Of a stretch of 64,000 nucleotides of DNA, positions 36,457-45,719 are shown piece after piece. Numbering within the stretch: position 1 is the stretch's first letter; the number at the start of each line of letters is the position of its first letter. This stretch comes from an uncultured bacterium (GTDB lineage Bacteria; Oederibacteriota; JAAXVQ01; JAUVAV01): positions 917,446-981,445 of the forward strand of contig CAZVUO010000001.1 of NCBI GenBank assembly GCA_964630235.1. Direction: 5' to 3'. The notes below the pieces were generated by a model. The model was not told the origin of the DNA. It saw nothing but the letters and a program-made list of their open reading frames with translations, and made no database searches. A program made the translations under genes and the position numbers.

Positions 36457-38178
36457 TTATTTCCGCTTGAACAGCTTGCGCAGTTCGGTAACGGACCGTG
36501 TGTTGAGCACGTCCGCCGGCTCCAGCCACCCGCGCCGCGCCTGATTGATCCCGTAGCGCAGGGTGCGCAGGCCGACCGGGCTGTGCGCGTCCGAGGAAAC
36601 AGCCACCCGCACGCCTGCTTCCTTGGCCTGGCGGCAGGCCGTGTCCGTGGCGTCCAGACGCTCGGGATGGGAGTTGAGCTCGAGAAAACAGCCGCGTTCC
36701 TTCGCGCCGGCGATCACGCGTTCCAGCTCCAGCGGGTAGGGGGGGCGGGAGTTCAGCAGGCGGCCGGTGGGGTGGCCGAGAATGCTGAAATAGGGATTGT
36801 CCATGGCGCGCAGAATGCGCTCGGTTTGCTTGCCCGCGGGCAGGTTAAATTTGTAGTGGATGGACCCCACGGCGTAATCCAGGCGCGCCAGCACCTCATC
36901 CGGCATATCCAGCCGGCCGTCCTCCAAAATGTCGGCTTCCAGTCCTTTTAGCAGCGTGAAATTCTTAAGCCGCGCGTTGGCCGCGTCAATGGCGTCGAGC
37001 TGTTTGAGCAGGCGTTTGGCGTCCAGGCCGTGGGCCACGGTCACATGCTGGGAATGGTCGGTAATGCCCAGGTACGCATAACCGAGGGCGCGGGCGGCCT
37101 CGGCCATTTCCAGCAGGCCGGCTGTGCCGTCCGATTCCTCGGTATGGCAGTGGAGGTCTCCGCGCAGGTCCGGCAGGCTTACCAGGCGCGGCAGGAGCCC
37201 CTGGGCCGCCCGCTCCAGTTCGTCCCCCGCTTCCCGCAGTTCGGGCTCGATGTAAGCCAGGCCGAGGCGGCGGTAGATTTCCTCCTCGGTTTTGCCTGCC
37301 ACGGACCGTGTTCCCTTGAACAGCCCATACTCATTGAGTTTGTAGCGCTTTTTTTGCGCCAGCTTGCGCACCGCGATGTTATGCGCCTGAGAGCCGGTGA
37401 AATAGTGCAGGGCCGCGCCGAAACTCTCCTGCGGCACGGCGCGCACGTCCACCTGCAGGTCCGAGCGCAAAACGACCGTGGCGCGGGTCGGACCCAAGGC
37501 CTGCACGCGCGCGATGTCCGGGTAGCGGCTGAAAAATTCCAGGGTCTTGTCAGGCAGGCGGCTGGCGACCAGGATATCCACATCGCCGATGGTTTCCTTG
37601 CGGCGGCGGAAGCTGCCGGCCGCGGCCGTGGACTCCACGCCCGGGGCGGCCCGCAAATAGACCAGGAGCGCTTCCACGGCCGGCTCGGCGCTGGCCCACA
37701 GCGTGCGCTCGGGATTGGCCATGCGGTGCGCGGCGCCGGACAGGATCTGCTCCTCCAGCTTGGGGCCGAAGCCGGGGAGCGCCCGCACCTTGCCGGCTTG
37801 GGCCGCGCGTTTAAGGTCGTCCAGCGTTCGCGGACGCAGGCTCGCGGCCAGCTGTCTGACCCGCTTGGGTCCCAGCCCCGGCAGTTTCAGCATCGCGAGC
37901 TGCACAGGCGGGATCTTGGCCTCCAGCTCCGAAAGCATTGTCAGCGCACCGGTGGCCAGGAGTTCCTGGATCTTTTCGGCCAGGTCCGGGCCGATGCCCG
38001 GCAGACCGGTCAGGCCGTTCTTGCGGGCGGCGAGTTCGGACAGGCTGCGGGGCAGGTTGGCAATGGTTTGGGCCGCAGTATGATACGCGCGGATGCGGAA
38101 GGGATTGGCGCCTTCCAGCTCCAGCAATACGGCCACCCGCTCGAAGCGTTCCGCGATTTCCTGGTTTGTGAGGGGCAT
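36457..38178 (-). CDS. polX: DNA polymerase X family protein with a C-terminal PHP (3'-5' exonuclease/phosphoesterase) domain
   Basis: HhH motifs (GLPGIGPDLAEKI) and a Pol beta-like nucleotidyltransferase (GSFRRRKETIGDVDIL). PHP with HCHTEESDG. Confidence 0.88.
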   Translation of the reverse strand: MPLTNQEIAERFERVAVLLELEGANPFRIRAYHTAAQTIANLPRSLSELAARKNGLTGLPGIGPDLAEKIQELLATGALTMLSELEAKIPPVQLAMLKLPGLGPKRVRQLAASLRPRTLDDLKRAAQAGKVRALPGFGPKLEEQILSGAAHRMANPERTLWASAEPAVEALLVYLRAAPGVESTAAAGSFRRRKETIGDVDILVASRLPDKTLEFFSRYPDIARVQALGPTRATVVLRSDLQVDVRAVPQESFGAALHYFTGSQAHNIAVRKLAQKKRYKLNEYGLFKGTRSVAGKTEEEIYRRLGLAYIEPELREAGDELERAAQGLLPRLVSLPDLRGDLHCHTEESDGTAGLLEMAEAARALGYAYLGITDHSQHVTVAHGLDAKRLLKQLDAIDAANARLKNFTLLKGLEADILEDGRLDMPDEVLARLDYAVGSIHYKFNLPAGKQTERILRAMDNPYFSILGHPTGRLLNSRPPYPLELERVIAGAKERGCFLELNSHPERLDATDTACRQAKEAGVRVAVSSDAHSPVGLRTLRYGINQARRGWLEPADVLNTRSVTELRKLFKRK

Positions 38179-38304
38179 GGGTACTTATAATAAACCACCT
38201 CAAACCACGTTGCACGGAAAAATCAAAAGGGTCGCGGCGCTTTCTGCCTGATCACCCGTTCGTTGAGCGATTGCCGAGCCTGTCGAGGCAGTCGAAACGA
38301 ACGT

Positions 38305-38435
38305 CCCCTCCCCTCCGCAGGGCACCCCGAGCTTGCTCGGGGGTGAATGCGGAATCGTTGCTCCGGGGATGTCGCCAAGCAGGGGTAGCGAGGATTGAAG
38401 TGGGTACCCCGGGCCCTTCGGCCGGGGGGCTCCCT
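38305..38435 (+). repeat. F-family repeat, copy 3 (upstream of rtcB)
   Basis: Same core GGGTGAATGCGGAATCGTTGCTCCGGGGATGTCGCCAAG, ending GGGGGGCTCCC. Confidence 0.7.
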
Positions 38436-38506
38436 CGACAGGCTCGGGGACCTAGAAAGATGTTTCCCGCATTGAACCTCTGCGGTCTTGGCGTTATACT
38501 CCTGCC

Positions 38507-39964
38507 ATGAAGACTTCCGCCGAACCCCCGAAACTCGAACCCCTTGCCCCAAACCTGTGGCGCATTCCCCGGGACCAGCATCCCGGCATGCGCGTGGACG
38601 GCCTGGTCTTCGCTTCTTCCGAACTGCTTCAAGACGTGTTCCGTGACCAGGCGCTCAGCCAGGTCATCAACGTGGCCCATTTGCCCGGCATCGTCAACGC
38701 TTCCTTGGCCATGCCGGACATCCACTGGGGATACGGTTTTCCCATCGGCGGCGTGGCGGCCTTTGACGCGGAGACCGGCGTGGTCTCGCCCGGCGGGGTG
38801 GGATATGACATCAACTGCGGCGTGCGCCTGCTCGCCTCCTCGCTGGAGCAGGATGAAGTGGCGCCCAAGGTAAAGGACCTGCTCGCCGTCCTTTACCGGA
38901 ACGTGCCGGCTGGCGTGGGCAGCGAAGGCCGGATCACGCTCAAGCCCGCGGAGCTCAAGCGCGTGCTGGAGCTGGGGTCGCGCTGGGCGGTCCAGCAGGG
39001 CTACGGCTGGCAGGAGGACCTCGCGCGCACGGAAAACGAGGGGCGCCTGGCGGCGGACAGCGAGCTGCTCAGCGCCAGGGCCAGGGAACGCGGCCTGGGA
39101 CAGCTGGGCACGCTCGGGTCAGGCAACCATTTTTTGGAAGTCCAGGCTGTGGACGAGATCTTCGACCAGGCAGGGGCCGAAGCCTACGGCTTGCGCACGG
39201 GGCAGGTGACGGTCATGATCCACTGCGGTTCGCGCGGCCTTGGGTATCAGGTGTGCGAGGATTTCCTGGCGGTCCTGCGGCGCGCCACGCGCACGTATGG
39301 TTTCGATTTACCTGACCCCCAGCTGGCCTGCGCGCCGGTCAGCTCGCCAGAGGGGCGGGAATATTTGGCGGCCATGGCCGCGGCCGCGAATTACGCCTGG
39401 GCCAACCGCCAGTGCATCACCCACTGGGTGCGGGAGGCTTTTCAGGAAGTGCTGGGGAAGCCGGCCGAACGGTTGGGCCTGCACCTGGTGTACGACGTGG
39501 CGCACAACATCGCCAAACTGGAAACGCACCGCGTGAAGGGAAAAGAACGGCTCGTGTGCGTGCACCGCAAGGGCGCGACCCGCGCGTTTCCGGCCGGGCA
39601 TCCCGAGGTGACCGCGCGCTACCGCCGGGTCGGCCAGCCGGTGCTCATTCCCGGCAGCATGGGCACGGCTTCTTACGTCTGCGCGGGCGCGGCCGGAGCC
39701 ATGGAACAGAGCTTCGGCTCCACGGCGCACGGCGCGGGCCGCGTGCTCTCGCGCCACGCGGCCATCCGGCAGGCCCAGGGCCGCTCCATCGGACAGGAGC
39801 TGGCTGCCCAGGGCATCCAGGTCATGGCCCGGGGCCGGGAGACTTTGGCCGAAGAGGCGCCGGCCGCGTACAAGGACATTGACGAGGTGGTGGCGACCGT
39901 GGATGAGGTTGGGCTGTCTAAAAAAGTCGCCCGGTTGAGGCCGTTGGGGGTCGTAAAAGGCTGA
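38507..39964 (+). CDS. rtcB: RNA-splicing ligase RtcB
   Basis: IHWGYGFPIGGV, YDINCGVR and GSGNHF motifs. Confidence 0.92.
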   Translation: MKTSAEPPKLEPLAPNLWRIPRDQHPGMRVDGLVFASSELLQDVFRDQALSQVINVAHLPGIVNASLAMPDIHWGYGFPIGGVAAFDAETGVVSPGGVGYDINCGVRLLASSLEQDEVAPKVKDLLAVLYRNVPAGVGSEGRITLKPAELKRVLELGSRWAVQQGYGWQEDLARTENEGRLAADSELLSARARERGLGQLGTLGSGNHFLEVQAVDEIFDQAGAEAYGLRTGQVTVMIHCGSRGLGYQVCEDFLAVLRRATRTYGFDLPDPQLACAPVSSPEGREYLAAMAAAANYAWANRQCITHWVREAFQEVLGKPAERLGLHLVYDVAHNIAKLETHRVKGKERLVCVHRKGATRAFPAGHPEVTARYRRVGQPVLIPGSMGTASYVCAGAAGAMEQSFGSTAHGAGRVLSRHAAIRQAQGRSIGQELAAQGIQVMARGRETLAEEAPAAYKDIDEVVATVDEVGLSKKVARLRPLGVVKG

Positions 39965-39983
39965 ATGTACCCCTGTCCCCACA

Positions 39984-40019
39984 CCCCTCTTTGCTAAAGA
40001 GGGGCAGGGGGAGATTACT
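39984..40019 (+). repeat. Hairpin repeat module (CCCCTCTTTgctaAAGAGGGGCAGGGGGAGATTACT)
   Basis: Perfect 9-bp stem. The same module is found at 59878-59913 (reverse) and, diverged, at 40053-40088, 59806-59840 and inside R copies B and D. Confidence 0.6.
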
Positions 40020-40121
40020 TATCATCCGTCCAGTCGGCAGTTGAGGTTTATGAGTAATCCCCCTTCGCCCCCTTTAGAAAAGGGGGCAGTCAACAGCAAG
40101 TGGGGAATAAAAGGTATACAC

Positions 40122-40535
40122 ATGATTCCTTTTGAGATCCTAGAGCATACGGCGGACGTGGGGCTTAGGGTCCAGGGCCGGACGCTGGAGGAACTGTTCG
40201 AGAACGCGGCCCAGGGCCTGTACGCGCTGGCCTTGGCGGCGCCTCCGGCCGGGGCGGTGACCGAGAAGGTCACTCTGCACCTGGCCGCTGACGGCCCGGA
40301 ATCCCTGCTGGTCGCGTTCCTGGAGGAACTGGTATTCCGCCTCTACAGCCGGTGCCAGATGGCGATCAGCGCGCGCCTGTCCTTTCCCACGCCCAATCGC
40401 TTGAGTGCCGAGGCGGCGTTCGTTCCCGTCGCGGCCGAATCCTATGCGGTGGAAGTGAAAAGCCCCACGTACCACCGGCTGAAGATCGAGCAGGGGCCTG
40501 AAGCCTGGCTCGCGGAGGTCTATTTTGACCTGTGA
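40122..40535 (+). CDS. Archease (RtcB activator)
   Basis: MIPFEILEHTADVGLRV N-terminus. Confidence 0.85.
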   Translation: MIPFEILEHTADVGLRVQGRTLEELFENAAQGLYALALAAPPAGAVTEKVTLHLAADGPESLLVAFLEELVFRLYSRCQMAISARLSFPTPNRLSAEAAFVPVAAESYAVEVKSPTYHRLKIEQGPEAWLAEVYFDL

Positions 40536-40556
40536 GGGCGGGGAGAACTGAACGTC

Positions 40557-40991
40557 GTGGCCATACGCAAGCTCAAGCGGAAAAAGGGAAGTCTTTATCC
40601 CCACCGATATTTTCTGGGCACGGGGTTCGGGACCGAGGACCTGGACAATAAACCCGTGGAGGATAAATACCGAGCCCAGGTGCCGAGATCAGAGGCCCTG
40701 ATCAAGATCGGGACCGTGGAAAAACTTCCACACGGCACCCTGAAGTGCTTTCTGCGACGGGGGATCGCGGTCGTCGGCTTATACCAGGCCGGGAAACCCG
40801 TGGGGTACGAGCTGTTGTATAAACCGACACCCGAGGAACGCCAGCGCGGCATCCCGGAGTGGAAGTTCGACCTCCAGAACACCTCGGTCTTGGGCACGGA
40901 TTGGGATTACCAGGACATCACCACATTCTTTTGGACCGTGCGCGGTTTGCGCAAGAACGGCAAGGCAGAAAAGACCATCAATCAAAGCTAG
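40557..40991 (+). CDS. Hypothetical protein
   Basis: 144-aa ORF at the edge of the low-GC island with no recognisable motif. Putative GTG start. Confidence 0.4.
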   Translation: MAIRKLKRKKGSLYPHRYFLGTGFGTEDLDNKPVEDKYRAQVPRSEALIKIGTVEKLPHGTLKCFLRRGIAVVGLYQAGKPVGYELLYKPTPEERQRGIPEWKFDLQNTSVLGTDWDYQDITTFFWTVRGLRKNGKAEKTINQS

Positions 40992-41116
40992 CGGACCGGA
41001 CAGGGCCGAGGTTCTGCGCGGCATGGCGAAGGGTCCGTGGCAGGTGTGGTGATTGACCAGCGGGATTTCGGTTTCGTGTAGACAAACGCTTTTAATGCTG
41101 TTGCGGAGGAAAAATC

Positions 41117-41908
41117 GTGAAAATATTGAAATATCTCATAAAGCATATTTTACGCATGGCAGGAGTCGGAACGTATAGCATAAAAAATGTTCATCGCCAT
41201 TATATGTTTGAAGTCCTCGAGCATCTCAAAAAGATGTCTTTTTACCCCAGCACGGTTATTGATGTGGGCGTAGCGTACGGGACAAATGATCTCTATGAGA
41301 AATTTCCGCGAGCCCATCATTTATTAGTTGAACCACTCGAAGAGTACAAAAGCGTTTTGGATAAAATAGCCAAGAAATATAACGCGGAATATGAATTGGC
41401 GGCCGCGGGGGCCAAGGAAGGAGTTCTCGAGATCAACGTTCATCCGGATCTGTCCGGATCATCATTATTAAAAGAGGTCGAAGACAGTGACGTCAATGGC
41501 GTTCCCCGCAAAGTCAAAATAATAACGCTTGATCATTTGTGCCTTCGAAAAAAAACGACCGGCCCTTATTTAATCAAGATTGATGCGCAAGGAGCTGAGC
41601 TTGAGGTGCTGGAAGGCGCGCAAAACATATTAAAAGAAACCGAAGCGATTGTTTTGGAGGTGTCTTTTTTTCAGTTTTACCAGAATGGCCCGCTGATGTA
41701 TGACGTGGTCAAGTGGATGAAGGATCATGGGTTTGCTGCCTACGATTTGTATGGAGGTCAAAACCGTCCCCTCGACGGCGCCTTGGCTCAAATTGACATG
41801 GTTTTTGTTAAAGAACATGGAATTTTCAGGAAAAATCATTATTACGCCACCCGCGAACAACGAAAGAAGCATACGAAGTTGGTGAGTACAGAAAATCCGA
41901 AAAACTAA
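41117..41908 (+). CDS. FkbM family SAM-dependent methyltransferase
   Basis: VIDVGVAYGTND SAM motif and IDAQGAELEVLEGA. About 41% GC against 65% in the surrounding sequence. GTG start with a GGAGGA RBS. Confidence 0.75.
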   Translation: MKILKYLIKHILRMAGVGTYSIKNVHRHYMFEVLEHLKKMSFYPSTVIDVGVAYGTNDLYEKFPRAHHLLVEPLEEYKSVLDKIAKKYNAEYELAAAGAKEGVLEINVHPDLSGSSLLKEVEDSDVNGVPRKVKIITLDHLCLRKKTTGPYLIKIDAQGAELEVLEGAQNILKETEAIVLEVSFFQFYQNGPLMYDVVKWMKDHGFAAYDLYGGQNRPLDGALAQIDMVFVKEHGIFRKNHYYATREQRKKHTKLVSTENPKN

Positions 41909-42064
41909 TATAGGTCTTGAATTAATCGGTGCGATTTATTTTAGCGGAACAGAAAAGTGGTTTCGATTTGCTGCGCGGGTTTCATCCCCGGTTGTACAGT
42001 GATGGTATTCACTTGACAGTGTCCGCGAATGGCCTATCATTGTAAGGAGTAGGTTTTTACTTCT

Positions 42065-42181
42065 CGTCACCCCGGCCCAGTCCTGTCTGATCTGGGCCAG
42101 GGCGAAAGCCGGGGTCCAGTATCAGGCATTAATCAAATCAAATTCCCTGGATTCCGGCTAACTACATGCCGGAAAGACGAG
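42065..42181 (+). repeat. R-family structured repeat, copy E
   Basis: CGTCACCCCGGC...GCCGGGGTCCAG...CCTGGATTCCGGC...GCCGGAAAGACG. Confidence 0.7.
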
Positions 42182-42276
42182 CGGACGGGATTTCCGTGGC
42201 AGGATTATTTACCTGCGATATCAGGTGAATACTATCACTACACATGCCGGTAGCAGCGGTATTTCCGAGGGGTCGC

Positions 42277-42600
42277 ATGTCTAAAATCCTAGTGGGTATC
42301 ATGGCCGGAACTGTCGCCGGCGTCCTTGACCTCGTTCCCATGCTCGCACAGAAGTTAACCTGGGACGCCAACCTGAGCGCGTTCCTCTTGTGGGTCATTT
42401 CCGGGTTCCTGATCTCCACCACCAACCTGAAGCTGCCGCCTGTGTTGAAAGGCGTGGTCATATCCTTTTTAGTTCTAACGCCCTCGGCTGTTCTCATTGG
42501 CTGGAAGGAACCGTTCAGCCTGCTGCCCATTGGGTGCATGACCCTGGTCCTGGGCGGCCTGCTGGGGTATGGGATTGAAAAGTGGGGAACAGCGGGATGA
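42277..42600 (+). CDS. Small hypothetical membrane protein
   Basis: 108 aa, 3-4 TM helices. Confidence 0.45.
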   Translation: MSKILVGIMAGTVAGVLDLVPMLAQKLTWDANLSAFLLWVISGFLISTTNLKLPPVLKGVVISFLVLTPSAVLIGWKEPFSLLPIGCMTLVLGGLLGYGIEKWGTAG

Positions 42601-43232
42601 GGAAGCCGTTAGCTCTGATCCGGTGTATTGCACACGGATGTATCGGCCTGATATTGGTTCTGGCTAGCCTGCGTTTGACCTGGGCAAGCGACCTGCCAAT
42701 CGAATTCACTCTCGGGGCCGGCCTGCTGCTGCCGGGCGAAGTGAATCTGGACATCTCGCCGCCCAGCATTCCAGTCAACATCCAGCCCGCTTTTATCTGG
42801 AAGGCTGGCGTGGATGTGCCGGTGATCCCCCACTGGTATGTGAGCACACGCCTGCTGCAGGCTTCGGTGGCTGTCCAGGAACTGGAAGAGGTCAGGAGCC
42901 TGCTGCCTCTGGCCCTGACGAACCAGGTGCCTAGCCGCGTGTCCGGTTTCCAGGTCAGTGCAGGCCCCAAAGCCAGTGTGACTCTCAATGATTCCCTCAC
43001 TTTGACTTTCGCGCTATACGGCGGCTACCGGAGCATCAGCGGTGACACGGATTATGCCAATTCCAAAGGCTTTGCACTAGACGGTGCCACAGAGCTGCAG
43101 GTCCAGCTTGGCGGCGGGTGGAGGCAGTTCTGGGAGGTTGGGTTCTTGACCCAGCCGGTGGGCGGCCGGGAAGGGGATTACTACCTCACCTTCGGCCCGC
43201 TGGTGTATGTGCTGGCAGGGGTGGCGTACTGA
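42597..43232 (+). CDS. Putative secreted / outer-membrane beta-barrel protein
   Basis: Signal peptide, alternating hydrophobic strands and a C-terminal aromatic residue. ATGA coupling with the upstream ORF. Confidence 0.5.
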   Translation: MRKPLALIRCIAHGCIGLILVLASLRLTWASDLPIEFTLGAGLLLPGEVNLDISPPSIPVNIQPAFIWKAGVDVPVIPHWYVSTRLLQASVAVQELEEVRSLLPLALTNQVPSRVSGFQVSAGPKASVTLNDSLTLTFALYGGYRSISGDTDYANSKGFALDGATELQVQLGGGWRQFWEVGFLTQPVGGREGDYYLTFGPLVYVLAGVAY

Positions 43233-43318
43233 GCGCAAAGCGTCGGGTGACTTGCGGCGCGTGAACCAGGAGCAGGAAGGAATTATCGGCAGAACGGAGA
43301 TTTGTTGCGTCCTGCAGC

Positions 43319-43726
43319 TTATTTCACGCCTTTGGAAGCGAGGAAACCAGCGTATTTCAGGTCCGAACTTTTGAGATGGCTGGTCACCCAGCCGTAGAGA
43401 TACTGCATGAGCGTGATGGAGAGGCTGAGCTGGCGGGTTTCGAACGCGGTCCTAAATTCGGACATTTTGTCCATGAACGCCTTGTGCTCCAGTTTGTGGC
43501 CCGGGGCGTCCGGATAGCCGTAGCGGTCAAAGAGCCTTTCTTCGGTGATGAAATGCTTTCCCGCGTAGGTTAACAGGTCGGTGATGGTTTTTCCCATGGT
43601 TTCGCGGGCCGTGCCCTGAAGCATGGCTTGGTGCAGGGCGTTGATCATGGTGACCAGTTGCTGGCGCTGATGGTCCAGCTCGGTGATGTTGACGCGGTAA
43701 CTGTCCGTCCATTGAATCAGGGCCAT
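43319..43726 (-). CDS. Bacteriohemerythrin
   Basis: MALIQWTDSYRVNITELDHQ...HFITEERLF...GHKLEHKAF, matching the hemerythrin H-HxxxE-HxxxH-HxxxxD spacing. Confidence 0.8.
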   Translation of the reverse strand: MALIQWTDSYRVNITELDHQRQQLVTMINALHQAMLQGTARETMGKTITDLLTYAGKHFITEERLFDRYGYPDAPGHKLEHKAFMDKMSEFRTAFETRQLSLSITLMQYLYGWVTSHLKSSDLKYAGFLASKGVK

Positions 43727-43945
43727 GGCCAGGCTCCGGTGCGTGATCCAGTGCAATAATTATACACTTACATACCCCAAACTTCCAACTTTGTAAATGA
43801 TTCTTGCGGGGGAAAATCAGGGACTGTCCTTCGGCACGGTCTGGGAATGGGTTTGAAAGCACGGTATTTTCTTTCTGTATTCCTTGCCAGCCCGCGAGCC
43901 TCTATGCTATCATGAAGCGCATTTGAAGTTTTGGAGGAATGCGTT

Positions 43946-44236
43946 GTGCCGGAAATCACCGCGGAAACAGTCGAAAAGATCGCCCGCTTGGCCAATCTGA
44001 AGCTTACCGCGGATGAGGTCGGTCTGTTTGCCCGCCAGCTGGAGCAGATTCTGGAATACATCCATAAATTAAACCAGCTCAACACGGCGGAAGTGGCGCC
44101 GACCACGCACGCCCTGCCCATGCAAAACGTGTGGCGGCCGGATGCGGTGCGGCCGGGATTGGCGCGGGAAGAAGCCCTGGCCGCGGCGCCGGATGCGCAG
44201 GAAAATTGCTTCCGGGTGCCCCGGATCATCGCGTGA
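43946..44236 (+). CDS. gatC: Glu/Asp-tRNA amidotransferase subunit C
   Basis: ITAETVEKIARLANLKLTADE. GTG start with a GGAGGA RBS 7 nt upstream. Confidence 0.85.
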   Translation: MPEITAETVEKIARLANLKLTADEVGLFARQLEQILEYIHKLNQLNTAEVAPTTHALPMQNVWRPDAVRPGLAREEALAAAPDAQENCFRVPRIIA

Positions 44237-45705
44237 ACCCGGCCGTGGACTGGACAGCGCTGACCGCCAGGGAACTGCGCGACCGGATCAGCCGGGGCGA
44301 GATCAAGGCCAGTGAAGCGTGCGAAGCCAGCCTGGCGCGCGTTCGCGAGCTGGACCCGAAGCTGAAGATCTTCCTGTCCGTGGACGAGGCCGGCGCCCGC
44401 GGCGCGGCCCAAGCCGTGGACCGGGCCGTGGCGGAAGGCCGTGCCGCGGGCCCCTTGGCCGGCGTACCCGTGGTCCTTAAGGATAATTTGTGCACCAGCG
44501 GCCTGCCCACGACCTGCGCCTCGCGCATCCTGGAAGGCTGGAAACCGCCCTACGACGCGGCCGTGGTGGAGCGGGTCAAAGCCGCGGGCGGCGTGGTGCT
44601 GGGCAAGGTCAACCTGGACGAGTTCGCCATGGGGTCGTCCTGCGAGAACTCCGGTTTTTTTCCCACGCGCAACCCGTGGGACCCGGAGCGCGTGCCCGGC
44701 GGATCCTCGGGCGGCTCGGCCGCGGCCGTGGCCGCGGGATTCGCGCCGCTGGCGCTCGGTTCGGATACCGGCGGGTCGATCCGGCAGCCGGCGGCGCTCT
44801 GCGGCGTGGTGGGGCTCAAACCGACCTACGGCCGGGTCTCGCGTTTTGGATTGATCGCGTTCGCCAGCTCGCTGGACCAGATCGGGCCGCTGACGCGCAC
44901 GGTCGAGGACGCGGCGCTCCTGCTCAACGTGATCGCGGGGCAGGACCCGCGTGACGCGACCAGCGCCCAGGTGTCGGTGCCGGATTTCACGGCCGGCCTG
45001 GACCCGCTGCCGCGAGGGTTGCGTCTGGGACTGCCGCGTGAATATTTCGCCGCGGGGCTCAATCCCGAGATCCAGGCCAGTCTCGAGCAGGCGCAAACAA
45101 TTTTCGGGGATCTCGGTCTGAAGATCACCGAGGTCTCGCTGCCGCACACGGAGTACTGCCTGGCGGTGTATTACCTCGTGGCCACGGCCGAGGCATCGAG
45201 CAACCTGGCCCGCTACGACGGCGTGCAGTACGGCCTGCGGGCCGAGGCTGATTCCCTCCTGGCCATGTACCGGGAGACCCGCGCGCGGGGATTCGGCCCG
45301 GAGGTCAAGCGGCGCATCATGCTCGGCACCTACGCGCTGTCCGCCGGGTATTACGACGCCTACTACCTGAAGGCGCTGAAGGTCCGGACCCTGATCCAGC
45401 AGGATTTTGCCCGGGCCTGGGAAAAGTGCGATGCGATCCTCACGCCCACCTCGCCGACCGCGGCGTTTCGGATGGGCGACAAAACGGAAGATCCGCTGAG
45501 CATGTACCTCTCCGATGTCTACACCATCTCGGCGAATCTGGCGGGCCTGCCCGCCGTGTCCGTACCCAGCGGGTTTACCTCTCGGGGCCTGCCGATCGGC
45601 CTGCAGCTGATCGGCCGCGCTTTTGACGAGCAGACCATACTCAGCGTGGCGCATGCCTACCAGTCGAGGACTGACTGGCACCGGCGCCGCCCCGCTGAAC
45701 TTTGA
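44233..45705 (+). CDS. gatA: Glu/Asp-tRNA amidotransferase subunit A
   Basis: Amidase signature GGSSGGSAAAVAAG. GTGA overlap with gatC. Confidence 0.92.
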   Translation: MNPAVDWTALTARELRDRISRGEIKASEACEASLARVRELDPKLKIFLSVDEAGARGAAQAVDRAVAEGRAAGPLAGVPVVLKDNLCTSGLPTTCASRILEGWKPPYDAAVVERVKAAGGVVLGKVNLDEFAMGSSCENSGFFPTRNPWDPERVPGGSSGGSAAAVAAGFAPLALGSDTGGSIRQPAALCGVVGLKPTYGRVSRFGLIAFASSLDQIGPLTRTVEDAALLLNVIAGQDPRDATSAQVSVPDFTAGLDPLPRGLRLGLPREYFAAGLNPEIQASLEQAQTIFGDLGLKITEVSLPHTEYCLAVYYLVATAEASSNLARYDGVQYGLRAEADSLLAMYRETRARGFGPEVKRRIMLGTYALSAGYYDAYYLKALKVRTLIQQDFARAWEKCDAILTPTSPTAAFRMGDKTEDPLSMYLSDVYTISANLAGLPAVSVPSGFTSRGLPIGLQLIGRAFDEQTILSVAHAYQSRTDWHRRRPAEL

Positions 45706-45719
45706 CAGGGAGGCTGAAC

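Noticed and set aside
43860-43912. TTGCCA-N17/18-TATCAT promoter-like sequence upstream of gatC.
   Set aside because: Plausible, but the spacing is ambiguous and there is no supporting evidence. Left as a note rather than a feature.
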